A program made the position numbers and the translations under genes. From NCBI RefSeq assembly GCF_006345805.1, contig NC_043005.1:2356001-2420000 (forward strand): a stretch of 64,000 nucleotides of DNA, in the 5' to 3' direction. The notes under the pieces are model-generated. The model saw nothing but the letters and a program-made list of their open reading frames with translations, was not told where the DNA came from and did not search any database. Below, piece by piece: positions 1 to 13,878 of the stretch (the stretch's first letter is position 1; the number at the start of each line of letters is the position of its first letter). The DNA is from Octopus sinensis (Eukaryota).

Positions 1-329
1 AGTGTTTGTTTGTGTTTGTGTGTGTGCGTGTGTGTGTGTGTGTGTGACTATATTACACAAACTCACACACAGAAAACGTAAAATCGCTCTTATATAAAAA
101 TGTGTTACATTGTGTGTCTATGTACGCGTATATATAAATATATACGTATGTGTGTGTCTATGTATGTATATGTATGTATGTACATGTATATATATATATA
201 TATATAAGAAGGCAATGACCAGAAAAAGAAGACAACACTCGGGGATATATGTATATATATATTTACAAATATGTGTACATACATACACATATATATATGT
301 ATGTATATAAACACAAAAACGCACACACA

Positions 330-387
<58 letters not shown>

Positions 388-396
388 GTATATACA

Positions 397-437
<41 letters not shown>

Positions 438-461
438 ACACATAAACGGACACTGTGTCAC

Positions 462-502
462 TGACGTCAATGATTTCTCTCTATAGAATCTTGATGACGT
501 CA
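462..502. promoter_or_regulatory. Pair of full CRE palindromes (TGACGTCA)
   Basis: TGACGTCA at 462-469 and 495-502; a third at 2171-2178. Confidence 0.35.
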
Positions 503-564
503 GTAGTTTATCGCTTAAACTATGTAACTGAATCTGAATATCTCAAGGTTCAATACACACATGC

Positions 565-650
<86 letters not shown>

Positions 651-798
651 TGTTTGTATATGATTGTTAGGCAGAAAGAATATATTACGCACTACCATAA
701 ATGACCAAAAATTGAAGTTTGACAGAACACAGAAGCGAAAGATAAGAATTATTATTATTGTTGTTTTCTTATTATTAGGACTAAGAACAACAACAACA

Positions 799-892
<94 letters not shown>

Positions 893-1473
893 CAACAACA
901 ATAATAGGTGCAGAAATCTGTAAAGAGTGAGGAAGGAGCGTGGAAGCAATAGGCAAGAAAGGTAATAAGAGATATGGAAGAGGAAAGAGAAGATGGGGAG
1001 GAGTGGAATGGCTTCGGTTGTGATTCCGTTAAATAAAGCTTAACTGAGTCACATAAAACGGCCAGAATAAGAATAAAATTTGTAAATGAAATCACAGCAA
1101 CATTTTTAAGAACATATCAAAGCAAGGCGCGCGAAATAACTCACATGACCTGACACAAACACATACACACACACACTTATGTATATGTTATCCCTATATA
1201 CATATATAAATTTATATATTCATATATATGTTATATACACACAGAGACACACACATATATATATGTATGTATGTACATATATATATGTATATACGTATAT
1301 ATATATGTGTGCGTGTATGTATGTAGGTATGTAAATACATATATATGTATGTATGTATGTATGTATAGATAAATAGTTAATTGTATTTGTCCCCTCTGTT
1401 TTCAGCCCCATGTGGCCAATAAAGAAACATAATTTCTTTCTATCTATCTATCTATATTATCTATATCTATCTC

Positions 1474-1507
<34 letters not shown>

Positions 1508-1530
1508 ATATATATATATATATATATATA

Positions 1531-1566
<36 letters not shown>

Positions 1567-1638
1567 TATCTCACAAGGTAACCCCATAGAGCGGGCATAT
1601 CTATATTATCTATCTGCCAATCTAGCTATCTATCTACC

Positions 1639-1685
<47 letters not shown>

Positions 1686-1687
1686 AT

Positions 1688-1845
1688 GATGGGCTTCTTT
1701 CAGTTTCTGTCAACCAAGTCCACTCACAAGGCTTTGGTCAGCTCGAGGTTATAGTAGAAGACACTTGCCGAAGCTACCACGCAGTGAGATTGAACCCGGA
1801 ACCATGTGATTTGGAAGCAAGCTTCTTACCATACAGCCACGCCTG
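1688..1845 (-). mobile_element. tRNA-derived SINE family B, 5' half
   Basis: Reverse complement of the head (TGGCTGTATGG A box, GGTTCAATCTC B box) seen in full at 6370-6748. Confidence 0.8.
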
Positions 1846-1856
1846 TATGTATGCAT

Positions 1857-1887
<31 letters not shown>

Positions 1888-2635
1888 CATATATATATAT
1901 ATGTATGTATATGTATGTATATATACATATACATACATATACATACATTCACACACACACACACACATATAAGTCACTGTCAAAAATATTTTTGTTAAAG
2001 AATAATAAATTTGTACTCTCTAAAAATATAGAGTAACCTTCTACATTAATGTACAATGTATTTATTATAACTGAATATAAAAACACACACACATACCTAC
2101 ATACTTACATACATACATACATATATATACTGTTGACACACACACATACATACATACACACATACACTGTTGACGTCATAAAAATAAGCTTCGAAACAAT
2201 GCGAAACCCTGTATTTATATACTAAGAAATAGTATGTAACTATAGTGTTAAAATTCCTTTGACTATAAAAAGTCGAAGGACTCCTGTGAGAGCCGAATCC
2301 ACTTCTCCTTTAAACATGTCTGGCGTTGTGGACAAAGCAATTCGTTCAAATTTCTCTGTCCATTTTAGATACTTTATCCTTGCCAATGAAACTTGGAGGC
2401 CTTTGACATTTATAATTGCTCACATCAGAATTACAAAATATTTTTTCAAAGACCCTCATCAAGTACGACCTAATAACAATGCAAGTTTCATTAAGCATCA
2501 GAGCTGGTTGTTTAGGGATACGTTTTCTGGTCCTCGTAATAAACCTTGTTTGATAGAAGACTTTCTGCAGTTTTGGAAGTATACACGCACGTATAAAAAC
2601 ATACACATTCGTCTATTGATACACACCACTCATAT

Positions 2636-2887
<252 letters not shown>

Positions 2888-2890
2888 GAT

Positions 2891-3230
2891 GAAGGCGCAT
2901 GGCGCAGTGGTTAGAGCGTCGAGCTTACGATCGTGAGGTTGTGAGCTCGAATCCCGGACCGGGCTGCGTGTTGTGTTCTTGAGCAAAGGACTTTATTTCA
3001 CGTTGCTCCAGTTCACTCAGTTGTAGAAATGAGTTGCGACGTCACGAGTGCCAAGCTGTATCGGCCCCTTTGCGTTTCCCTTGGATAACACTGGTGGCGT
3101 GGAGAGGGGAGGCCGGTATGCATGGGCGACTGCTGGTCTTCCATAAACAACTATGCCCAGACTTGTGACTAGGAGGGTAACTTTCTAGGTGCAATCCCAT
3201 GGTCAGTGTCGTGACCGAAGGGGGTCCTGG
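2891..3230 (+). mobile_element. tRNA-derived SINE family C
   Basis: A box TGGCGCAGTGG and B box GCTCGAATCCC, followed by TTGTGTTCTTGAGCAAAG..TTTATTTCACGTTGCTCCAG, which is shared with copies at 8.4, 39.1 and 40.7 kb. Confidence 0.8.
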
Positions 3231-3261
3231 ATCCTGGATATATACGCAGAATATCTCACGT

Positions 3262-3650
3262 TGTTGCATAGTGAGAATCTGGCCTCCCAACAACGTGGTG
3301 CCGGGCTCAGTCACATTGCGTGGCATCTTGAACAAATGTTTTCTACTATAGTCTCAAGCCGACCAAAGCCTTGTGGTAGACGGAAACTGAAAGAAGCCTT
3401 TCGTATATATGTGTGTGTTTGTGCGTGTGCTTGTGTATGTGTGTCTGTGTATCTATGTGTAAGTGTCGTTTTGTCTGTGTTTGTTCCCCACCACTGCTTG
3501 ACAGCCGGTGTTGGTTTGTTTTCGTCCCCGTAAGATAGCGGTTCGGCAAAAAGAGTTTGATAGAATAAGTTTCAGGCTTTAAAAATACTGGAATCAATTC
3601 ATTCCACTAAAAATCTTTGAAGACGTTACCCGAGAATGGCTGCATTCCTC
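3262..3650 (+). mobile_element. SINE family B
   Basis: Body CTACTATAG..CCGACCAAAGCCTTGTG..GGTAGACGGAAACTGAAAGAAGCC, internal (TG)n, and GGTTCGGCAAAA..GATAGAATAAGT. Confidence 0.8.
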
Positions 3651-3787
3651 GTATAAGTAAACGCTTGTTTTTGCGGATTCCTTCATAGGAACAGAAATTC
3701 CCAGCCGGTTCCAAAGAACTGATTCGGCGCTTATCACTGAGAAGGCGAAATCACACCGAAAAGAGGGTTTCGAATCGCACTTTGTCC

Positions 3788-3952
3788 TGATTTGAAGTGT
3801 ATTGCGTTACACTTTTATATTGAAGCCGTTTGACAAATAGAGATGGATGAGTACCAGATGGGAAAATGATGATTGGTCGAACCCTGGGGAATGGTGCCCG
3901 AGCGGGTCAGCATCCCGACGACTAAAAGCAGTTAAATAGTGTGGAGGCGGGG
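3788..3952 (-). promoter_or_regulatory. Candidate RNA polymerase II core promoter (GC box, CCAAT, TATA, Inr)
   Basis: Minus strand order: GC box (GGAGGCGGGG on + at 3943-3952), CCAAT (3876-3872), TATAAAAG starting at 3819, then TCAG with its A at 3788, exactly 31 nt from the first T of TATA. Confidence 0.45.
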
Positions 3953-5756
3953 TGCGTTCGGGGGCGAGCGAGTGTGTAGCACAAAGAAACTTCCATGCAG
4001 ACACAAAGCACATTTCATATCAAACATAAACAAATATTACGTACAGAAAGACAACTGACGTATACAACCGAAACCAGCGCCCCCCCCCCCAAACACACAC
4101 ACACAATTACATCACCTTCCAATGTACACAAAACGCTATACAACAATCTGTCAACATCTTTTTATAAAGTTTTTCATTCTACAACTCTGTATCTCTCACT
4201 AAATTAAGTTATCCTTATTTAGTCCCCTTCTTTTTCTCTCTTCCTAAACATTCTTCCTTTTGTTCGTTCTCTTTGGTTTTCTTTATAAATTCATCTTTTC
4301 TTTTGTTTGTATTTTGTTGATTGTTTTGTTTTCTTCAAAGTCATAACGTCTTTTCCTTTCTTTTCTCCAGTTCTATTTTGGCTAAATTAAGATTCTGAAA
4401 CCAAACAGTAGTAACAAATTCTATTTTGTACTCCCCCTCGACTCTCCCTCGACTTTCCCTCGACTCTTCCCGATTTCTTTTTCCACAAAAGTATTTTTTA
4501 TTTAACCAAACGTATTTATAATTAGTTTAAATGCAAGTTAAAAATAAACGATTCAAATCCAAAAACAATTTAAGTGCATTTTAAAAATATTACAAAACAA
4601 TAACGACACCAATGACAACATATATCTAAAGAGAATTTTAAAACTGTTTTATTTGTCTGTTACGATGGAAATGGATAATTCCTTTCGATCACCAATCCAT
4701 TTCGTCTTAAAACCGAATGGCGCCGAACCAAAAGATTTCCAAGAAAGTTCTGCCAAATTTCCTGGCCCTGGTATTGTTGGACGTAGTAAAGTTGAGCTGA
4801 ACATAATTTAGGTACTTAATGTAGTTTACTCCTAGATCGGTTCGACTTAATCAATGCTAAAATAAAAGACAGTCCAGCTGTTATCACCCTGCCTTTATGT
4901 GTTTATATTTAGAACTACAGTATATATGGTTTAAGGGTGAGTTGGCTGCTTTCCATGTAGAGATACAAATATTTGAACCATTACTTCTTTGGCAGAACCC
5001 AACGTCCGCAGTTTTATCCACTAGAATACAGAATTAACATGATAAAACATTATTAATGAGACAGAAGCGATTGTCGGTTATGTATCGTGGAAGGCTTTGC
5101 AGATATTACTCATAATCAAGCATTTGACCAACAAAAGGAATGGAGTAATAATCGCTGCAATCAAGAATTATTTATGAGATTCAAATACACCACTGCATTA
5201 TATCTGAGAATCATTTGGTTCTTAGTTGTACCTATGAGTGATTTCGTCTGGTTATTTGTGCGGACGTCACATTGGTAAACTAATCTATTTCTCTTGCATA
5301 CATTTGAGAAATGACACTTTGTTCTATCCCTACAGCCGCATAAATAGTTAGGTGCATCTTCGTTCGTGTTGTATGGGGGGGGGCTAATGTTATTGAGATC
5401 TGCACCTAAGTTAGCAGGAGGCGCTGCGTTGGTGGACGGTTTAGTTCTATTAGTTGGTTGGTTTTATCTTTACTGTTCACAATCTGTCTAGTTTCACAGA
5501 ATTTGTCTAGTTTTTTTTTTATTACTCATTGTGGCTAAGTTATTTGTCAGACTGTAGCCTATTGGTAAATCGTAGATGCTACCTTCATCTTTGCTTCCTT
5601 CATCTTTGTTATCTAATTAAATTAAAAGCATACCAGAAAAAACCACGAGTTTCCCCTTGTTATTACATCCATTGTCTTCTATATAACCTAAACTGCGGTT
5701 TAACAACAAAACCACCTGCTTCCGAACAACCTTACCCATGTTATAAGCAGAAGCGA

Positions 5757-6283
5757 GGATGGGGCTTCCTGGAAAGTTCCCAGAAATTCTTGGAAAGTTC
5801 CGAGGAGATACTTTAGACTTCTCGGAAAATTCAGAGGACTTCATGGAAAGTTCCGGGGATATCCTGGGAAGTTCCGAGGGTGAGGCTTCCTGGAAAATTC
5901 CGAGGTTGGAACTTCCTTGGAAGTTCTGAGAATTTCCTGGAAAGTTCCGAGGATGGAGCCTCCTGAAATTCCACGGATTTTCAGCGAAAGTTCAGAGGGT
6001 GAGACTTTAAGCTTCCTTGAAACTTCGGAGGATTTCCTGGAAAGCCCCGAGGACGAGGCTTCCTGGAAACTTCCGAAGATGGGACTTCCTTGAAAGTTCC
6101 GAGAATTTTCTGGAAAGTTCCGAAGATGAAACTCCCCGGAAACTTCCGAGGGTGGAACTTCCTGGAAAGTTCCGATGATATCCTGGAAACTTCATCGGAT
6201 GGAACCACTTGGAAAGTTCCGAGGATGAGACTCATGGGAACCTCCGAGGGTGGAACGTCCTGGAAAGTTCCGAGCACTTCAAA

Positions 6284-6285
<2 letters not shown>
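5757..6285 (+). repeat. Degenerate tandem array built on TTCCTGGAAAGTTCCGAGG
   Basis: About 8 perfect GGAAAGTTCC and about 6 TTCCTGGAA motifs, plus many variants, in about 530 bp. Confidence 0.9.
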
Positions 6286-6357
<72 letters not shown>

Positions 6358-6369
6358 TATATACATATA

Positions 6370-6748
6370 GGCGCAAGAGTGGCTGTATGGTAAGTTGCTT
6401 ACTTACCAACCACATGGTTCCGGGTTCAGTCCCCCTGCGTGACACCTTGGGCAAGTGTCTTCTACTATAGCCTCGGGCCGACCAAAGCCTTGTCAGTGGA
6501 TTTGGTAGATGGAAGCTGAAAGGAGTCCATCGTATATATGTATTTACATGTATACGTGTGTATGTGTTTGTACCCCAACATCGCTTGACAACCGATGCTG
6601 GTGTGTTTACGTCCCCGTAGCAGTTCGCCAAAAGAGACCGATAAATAAGTACTAGGCTTACAAAGAATAAATCCTGAGGTCGATTTGCTCGACTAAAGGC
6701 TGTGCTCCAGCATGGCCACACTCAAATAACTGAAACAAGTAAAAGACT
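6370..6748 (+). mobile_element. SINE family B, near full length
   Basis: GGCGCAAGAGTGGCTGTATGGTAAG head, GGTTCAGTCCC B box and tail ACTGAAACAAGTAAAAGA. Confidence 0.85.
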
Positions 6749-7361
6749 AAAAGAGAAAAAGAGTATATACATATGTGTGTGTGCATGAATGTATGTATGT
6801 ACACTTAGATGAGTTTGTATACGTATATGTGTGTAAATATGCATGTATATGTGTGTACGAATGTGTGCATGCATCTATGTATGTATGTATGTATGTATGT
6901 ATGTATGTATGTATGTATGTATCAGTTTCCACTGATAAAAATATATCTGTTAAGCAATATGTGAAATCCTAGACGAGGATTCCACAATTCTTTGCTGAAC
7001 AAGCCTTACAAATGTTTTGCTTGTAATGATCAAATATTCGTGCTGTTCTTTAGCACTGTCCCTCCATCAAATCAACGTTACCTGGATGGGCGACACGGTG
7101 TGCTGCACGCCAGGTGTCGAAGGGATACCAGCGCCCTAACCATTTGATTCTTCTCGATGTGTACTCTTTTCCAGAGACTAGAGAGACTAGATTTAGTTTT
7201 CTTCTTGTCTTGGGAACTGGCCAGACGTCGAGGAAATTCCTGAACAACAGGTTAATGAAGAAACCGAAATAAAATACACTCTACCTCAGCGTTGAGTACT
7301 ATTTACCTGTTTGGTAGAAACAAACAAATACTGGTGTGTGTGTCTGTTTGTGTGTGTGTGT

Positions 7362-7409
<48 letters not shown>

Positions 7410-8394
7410 CGTTTAAACATGCATCTATACAGACACAGATATACACACGTGCTCACAACTAGAGAAATAAACATGAAACTCCTTTGTTAAACTTTCAATT
7501 AATTAATTAATTAGACAAAACAAACAAATTAGTGAGAGAAGCATATTTAATTGATTCATTATCGGCGTTCTGTTCAGATTGTTTATTTGGTTCTTTGGTT
7601 CTTTGGGATCGGAGCAAATACTATTGACGAGGATGTCGAGAATTTTGTTAGGTGTGTGTGAGCATATCTTCGTGTAAGCCTGTGTCCGTTTAGATGTTTA
7701 TGCGTAGGAGTTTGTTTTGGGTGGGTCGGTGGATGCATGTGTGTGTATGCGTGCGCGCACCTGTGATGTTTGCGTGTATGTGTGTGTGTTACAAGATGAA
7801 AAGTGGTGTTCACCTCTTCTCCATCTCAGTTATGAAGCCTCACAGATTGATGATGGGACAGGAAGTTTGGCATTGAATAGAAATCGGTTCATTAAAACCA
7901 TATGACCATCAACCGCAACTAACACACCACTACCGCCGCCATCACTACCACCATCACTACCACCGCTTCCACCAGTGCCATGAGCTGCACCTGAGTGTAA
8001 ACCACCACCAACTTCCTAAAGATTTCCTCTACCGCCAACACCGCCATTATCACCGCTGACACAACCATCATCAGCGTCACCATAAAGACCACCACCAACA
8101 CACCAAAAACAACGATCATCATCGTCATAATCGTCGTCGTGCAACCGACACTGGTGTCAGCGTTACCAACGCCGTTGCAGACACTACCGCAACCATTACG
8201 AACACCAACACCACACGTCACAAGTAATACTACAGCTACCACCATTGATGATGAGGAGGAGGGGGAGGGGAAGAGGAGGGGAGGAGGGAGAGGAGGAGGA
8301 GGACACTTCAGTGGAAGATAATGTATGAGTGTTCGGTATTGCTGAACGACCTGCAAAAATGATCTGTTTTGTAGTGATCAAATGTTCGCGCCGC

Positions 8395-8580
8395 ACATTA
8401 GCTTACTTTCTCCATCAAGTCGACGTGTACCTGAACAGGTAGGCGTCATGTATCGAAGTGATCGCAAAGCAACGTGAGATGAATTGTTTTGCTCAAGAAC
8501 ACAACGCACCAACCGGTCTAGGAATTGAAATCATGACCTCGCGATCGTGAGTGTAACATCCTAACAACTGTGTCATGCAA
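8395..8580 (-). mobile_element. SINE family C, 5' part
   Basis: Reverse complement of the family C head (GCAACGTGAGAT..TTTGCTCAAGAACACAACGC..CGATCGTGAG). Confidence 0.7.
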
Positions 8581-8585
8581 AAGAA

Positions 8586-9440
8586 CTCTAAAATCGATGA
8601 ACAACCTGATACGTCTGCCACAAAACAAGCAAAACGGATCGAGCAGACTGCAAAAAAGAACGGGTAGAAACAAATTGAGGGGCGGTGGAGCCAGAAGCCT
8701 CTGCATGGACAGTATATACTTCGAAGTCGAAATGCTGATGTAGACCAGGCAACAACCCATTGAGAAGCTCAGGACTGAAACCAGAGACTGAAGGTTTCAT
8801 AGTGGTGGCACAACATCAAAGCTTGCGCACAAAACACTACCAGGCTAACGCCCTTCAAAACGGTTCTGACCCTAAATGCAGATTCTGCAACACATTTGAC
8901 GAAACAATGGACCATCTCGTTTCGGGATGTTCTGTGCTGACACCAAACGAATACAAAAATCGCTACGATAGGGTAGGACAGTATTTACATAGAGAAATAT
9001 GTAAACACTACAAAATCAGCGCTCCTACTTACTGGTACGACCATCATCTTGAGTCAGTCGTTGAAGGTATAAACGTCCCTATCCTCTGGGATTTCCCAGT
9101 CAACACCGACAGAACGATCCAAGTCAATCGACCAGGCATAATCATTAAAGACAGAGAAAAAAATACTTGTAGACTAATAGATGTAAGTGTTCCCACTGAT
9201 AAAAATATATCTGTCAAGGAATTTGACAATTTGAGTCAATATAAACACCTGGAAATTGAAATACAAAAGATGTGACATATTAAAGCGAGAATTGTTCTTG
9301 TTGTTGTAGGTGCCCTAGGTATGATAAAAAAGAGATGTCAGAAACATCTAGATAATATCCCAGGAGAACCATGTCTCAAAGAAATCAAAGAGATTGAGCT
9401 GACGCGTACTGCCCACATCCTTAGAAAAAACCCTATCCGT
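8586..9440 (+). mobile_element. R4/Dong-like non-LTR retrotransposon 3' fragment (zinc knuckle + restriction-like endonuclease)
   Basis: LRSSGLKPETEGFIVVAQHQSL, CRFC..ETMDHLVSGC, ILWDFPVNTDRTIQVNRPGI, LIDVSVP..KE..YKHLEIEI, ALGMIKK; interrupted by stops. Confidence 0.9.
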
Positions 9441-9581
9441 TTAAATGTCTGCGTTGTATTCCATGAAGATATTTCGCTTCTGCCCCTAACACTTGCTCTC
9501 CCCAAGCTTTCCGTCATACTGTGGCATCTCTTATCCTTCACTCGCCCCAGAACGATGTAACAAACATGCAGATTAAAGGCA

Positions 9582-10063
<482 letters not shown>

Positions 10064-10112
10064 AATAATAATAATAATAATAATAATGATAATAATGATA
10101 ATGATAATAATA

Positions 10113-10145
<33 letters not shown>

Positions 10146-10185
10146 ATGGTGGTGGTGGTGGTGGTGGTGGTGGTGGTGGTGGTGG

Positions 10186-10231
<46 letters not shown>

Positions 10232-10354
10232 AAAAAAAAACTGCTGCCTTAGATATTCTGACTGATAAATGACAAAAACGAAGTAAACAAAAGACAACAA
10301 ACCCAGACCCTAGGGGTGTATAATAATGTACAAAAAGCACCAAACCAAAACACA

Positions 10355-12530
10355 AAAGACAAACATATGAATGAGAAGGAAGGCGAAAAAATCTAAAACC
10401 TGGACACAGTGAAGAAGAGCCTAATGATTATGATACTCTGAAAATGAGAATAATCAAAAAACTGAAAACCACAGATCTCAGAACGGACCACCGACCATAC
10501 CTCCCAAAAATCAAAATAGACAATAAAACAACATCAATAATAAATTGTATAAACCTGGTCGTCACGGAACTGATAGCCACAGAAACAAATAGCAATATCA
10601 CTGAGCTAAATGACATGATATAGGCAGCAGCGACAAAAGAAGCTGGATACTCCCTCGAACCCATCCAAGCAGGAGGACCACCACCCAAACAAACCCTGTG
10701 GATAAATAACATCCAAAACAAAATACAAGAAATGAGAAAAGATCTGTCGATTCTTAATGAAATCGGTAGACAATCAACGCTACTAAGCAACAAAAAGAAA
10801 ACAAAAATACTCCGCAAATACAACATCACAGAAAAAGATTTACCTGAGATAAAAGAAAAGCTAAAGCAGGATATCCTTGCCAAAGCACAAAGGATCCGCC
10901 GGGACGAGAAACGCCAACGTTTCTTTGAACAAAACGAACAGTTCAACTCCAACCCCAAAAAATTCTACCAAAAACTTGGCAAAAATAAAATAGATATCAA
11001 TGCAGTACCACCAGCAGAAGTGGAAGAATTTTGGAAAGAAATATGATCGGCGAAGGAGCAATTTCAGAAAAGGACTATCTGAGGAATTTCAACCATGTTT
11101 CGTGGTCTGTTAGCACAACAACTCCTTTATAGAAAGTGCGTCACTTTAAACTTAGAAACCTCCCAAAACTCCCCATATAACAAACCCAACTATAACAACT
11201 GAAGAGGTCACCCAGGCACTGCAAAGACTAAGCAACTAGAATGCACCTGGGCACGACAAGTTCCCCAACTTCTGGTTAAAACATCTGGCAGGAATGCACA
11301 AATAGCTGGCTGAAAACTTTAACGACATACTAGCAGAGCCAGAGACAATGCCTGAATGGCTCACGAAAGGGAAAGCCATCCTAATTACCAAATTCAATGA
11401 AACGGCAAAACCACAAAAGTACAGACCTATAACCTGTCTCTCTACAATTTACAAAGCCTTTACCACAATGATATCGCAGAGATTAAGCAAGCATCTGGAA
11501 GAAAACAACCTGTTTCCAGAAGCGCAGAAGTGATGCTGCAAGGGCTCATATGGCTGTAAAGATCAACTAATGATCAATAAAGCCATAACTGAAAACAGCC
11601 GCAGAAAGAAAGTTCTCAATATGGCCATGATCGACTACCGAAAGGCTTTTGATAGTATTCCCCACACGTGGATCCTCGAAACATTAACCATGATCGAGGT
11701 ACCACCAATAATTATAAAATACATAAGACATTCTATGAATACATGGTAGACAGTGCTACAGCTCCAAACAAAAGAGGGACTTGTGAAAACCAAAGACATC
11801 CCCATTAGAAGAGGAAAATTCCAGGGAGACACGCTCTCTCCACTCCTTTTCTGCTTGGCACTGACACCTCTATCTGACATGCTAAATAGATCTGGATGCG
11901 GATACAAATGTTACGGCAAAACAATCAACCACCTTTTATATATGGATGACCTAAAACTATACGCTACAAATGATAAACAGCTGGAAACACTACTACAGAC
12001 AGTTCATGGATTTACCAAAGAAATAGATATGAAATTTGGATTAGAAAAATGTGCCAAAGCAACCCTGAAAAGAGGAAAACTAGTTAAGAGTAGCAACATC
12101 ACACTAGATAAAACCAATGAAATAAAAGAATTAGACCAAAGCCAGGCATACAAATACTTAGGAATCAATGAACTAGATACGATACAACACACACAAATGA
12201 AAGAGAAAATAAAGAAAGAATACTATAGATGAGTTAGATCAATACTAAAAACAGAGCTCAATGCTAAAAACAAGATAATAGGTATTAACACTTTAGCCAT
12301 CCCAGTTATAAATTACAGCTACAATATCCTTAACTGGACACTAAATGAACTAACCAAAATAGACAGGAAAACAAGAAAAATAAATACAGGATTTATGATG
12401 CACCACCCAACATCTGACATAGAAAGGCTATATATACAACGTATAGGAGGTGGTGGAGACCTTATACAGCTAGAAAGCTATTCCAAAATAACCACCATAG
12501 GACTACAAAAATACCTACTTCAGAAGCAAG
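10355..12530 (+). mobile_element. R4/Dong-like reverse transcriptase pseudogene
   Basis: YRPITCLSTIYKAFT, IDYRKAFDSIPHTWI, GKFQGDTLSPLLFCLALTPL, HLLYMDDLKLYA, YKYLGI, HHPTSDIERLY; multiple stops and frameshifts. Confidence 0.93.
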
Positions 12531-12539
12531 CGTAGTATA

Positions 12540-13700
12540 ATCTATATTTTTATAAATTAGAGGGGGTTATATGGCCTGTTCTTTCTAGCTGTTTTAACTT
12601 TTGACCTAGAGTTATATGCATTTGGGTCTAAGCTGTCGTAATCAGGGCCTCCTGGGGTTCTAGTATAGTGCATTATGACCTGTTATGATTATGATGGTTA
12701 CCATGTCATTGTGATATGAGTTGAGATATATGTTACTTGAGCCAAGAATTAGGGATGTATTTTACTTGTTTGGAAAAGTCGCTGGCAGGGAGCGCTTGGT
12801 TGTACTATGGGGCGTGGTTATGAATATTTCTTCAGTGGATGATGTCATATTTACGAATTGAGATCCTCTTAACTATATTATCAAATGTGTATTTGTGGTG
12901 ATTGGAATTAATGTTTAAACATTAATTCCAATCACCACAAATACACGTCACTTTAAACTTAGATACTTCCCCAAACTCTCCATAAAACAAGCCCAACCAT
13001 TACCTTATCTAAGTTTAAAGTGACGTCTAAAAAATCAGTAGTTTTGTGGGAATTTTCAAAAGTAATGGATAGATTGAGGTTAGAGAAAAATGTGTGCAGA
13101 TCTTCCGGTGACCAGTAAAGTGTCCTCTCTGTATAGACTTCCCTTGATGTTAGGGAAGGGTATTCGGAGCTGATGGAGTAGGAATAGTCCAACGAGGTCG
13201 GTGACTTGAGGTAGAGTCGGATGATCCCATAGTAATGTCAAAGAATTTGCTATAGCTATTGTTATTGTTATAGTAGTTGGCTCAACACCAAAGTTTGTCC
13301 TCAAAAGAAATGACACTTTTACGGGCTTTAAGAATTATGTTAATTTCTAATAGGGTTAGGTTAGTTTGATTCCTAGCTAGTAGGGAGTTTGGTTTAGAAG
13401 TTTGGGAGAAATGGATAAATAATTATTTATACTAAATTTTAGGAATGAAGAAGTGTTTTTGTTCTTCAAGAAATGGAACCATGTTATGACTTCAAATGTA
13501 CAGGACCATAAGCTGACGTTCAATTTCTCCTTGAAGATTGGTATTATTTTATCCAGAATGTTCTTGCTTATTCTTCTCAGGTTAGATGTAGTAGGGCATA
13601 TGAAGTGCATAGATGGTTTTGTTATCAAGTCCTTCTTAAGATCCTTAAGGTTGCAGTGAGAAGATATAGGGTAGTAGGGTTCTGTATGATCGTCCACGTG
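12540..13700 (-). mobile_element. Penelope-like element RT remnant with an internal fold-back inversion
   Basis: SNLRRISKNILDKI..LWSCTFEVITWF..SFLKFSINNY, TDFLDVTLNLD and SNH..YNQAL motifs of PLE reverse transcriptases. Confidence 0.75.
12887..13026. repeat. Perfect 60-bp palindrome (12887-12946) abutting a 21-bp-arm hairpin (12945-12965 / 13006-13026)
   Basis: GTGTATTTGTGGTGATTGGAATTAATGTTT|AAACATTAATTCCAATCACCACAAATACAC; ACGTCACTTTAAACTTAGATA...TATCTAAGTTTAAAGTGACGT. Confidence 0.95.
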
Positions 13701-13757
13701 TAGATTGCAAGGTACTTATATAGCCTTACCTGCCATTTCTGGATACCAATACCTCTC

Positions 13758-13789
<32 letters not shown>

Positions 13790-13827
<38 letters not shown>

Positions 13828-13836
13828 GTGCGTGTG

Positions 13837-13878
<42 letters not shown>

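Noticed and set aside
2259-2630. About 125 open codons before the (TA)n tract
   Set aside because: No motif recognised in any frame; probably decayed transposon sequence.
2891-2965. tRNA-like sequences at SINE heads (also 6370, 40715, 50583, 55014)
   Set aside because: A/B boxes are present but there is no complete cloverleaf, and each runs into a shared SINE body.
4665-4811. 48-aa plus-strand ORF MEMDNSFRSPIHF... overlapping a 12-bp stem-loop
   Set aside because: No recognisable homology, signal peptide or splice support; the hairpin is too short and irregular for a pre-miRNA.
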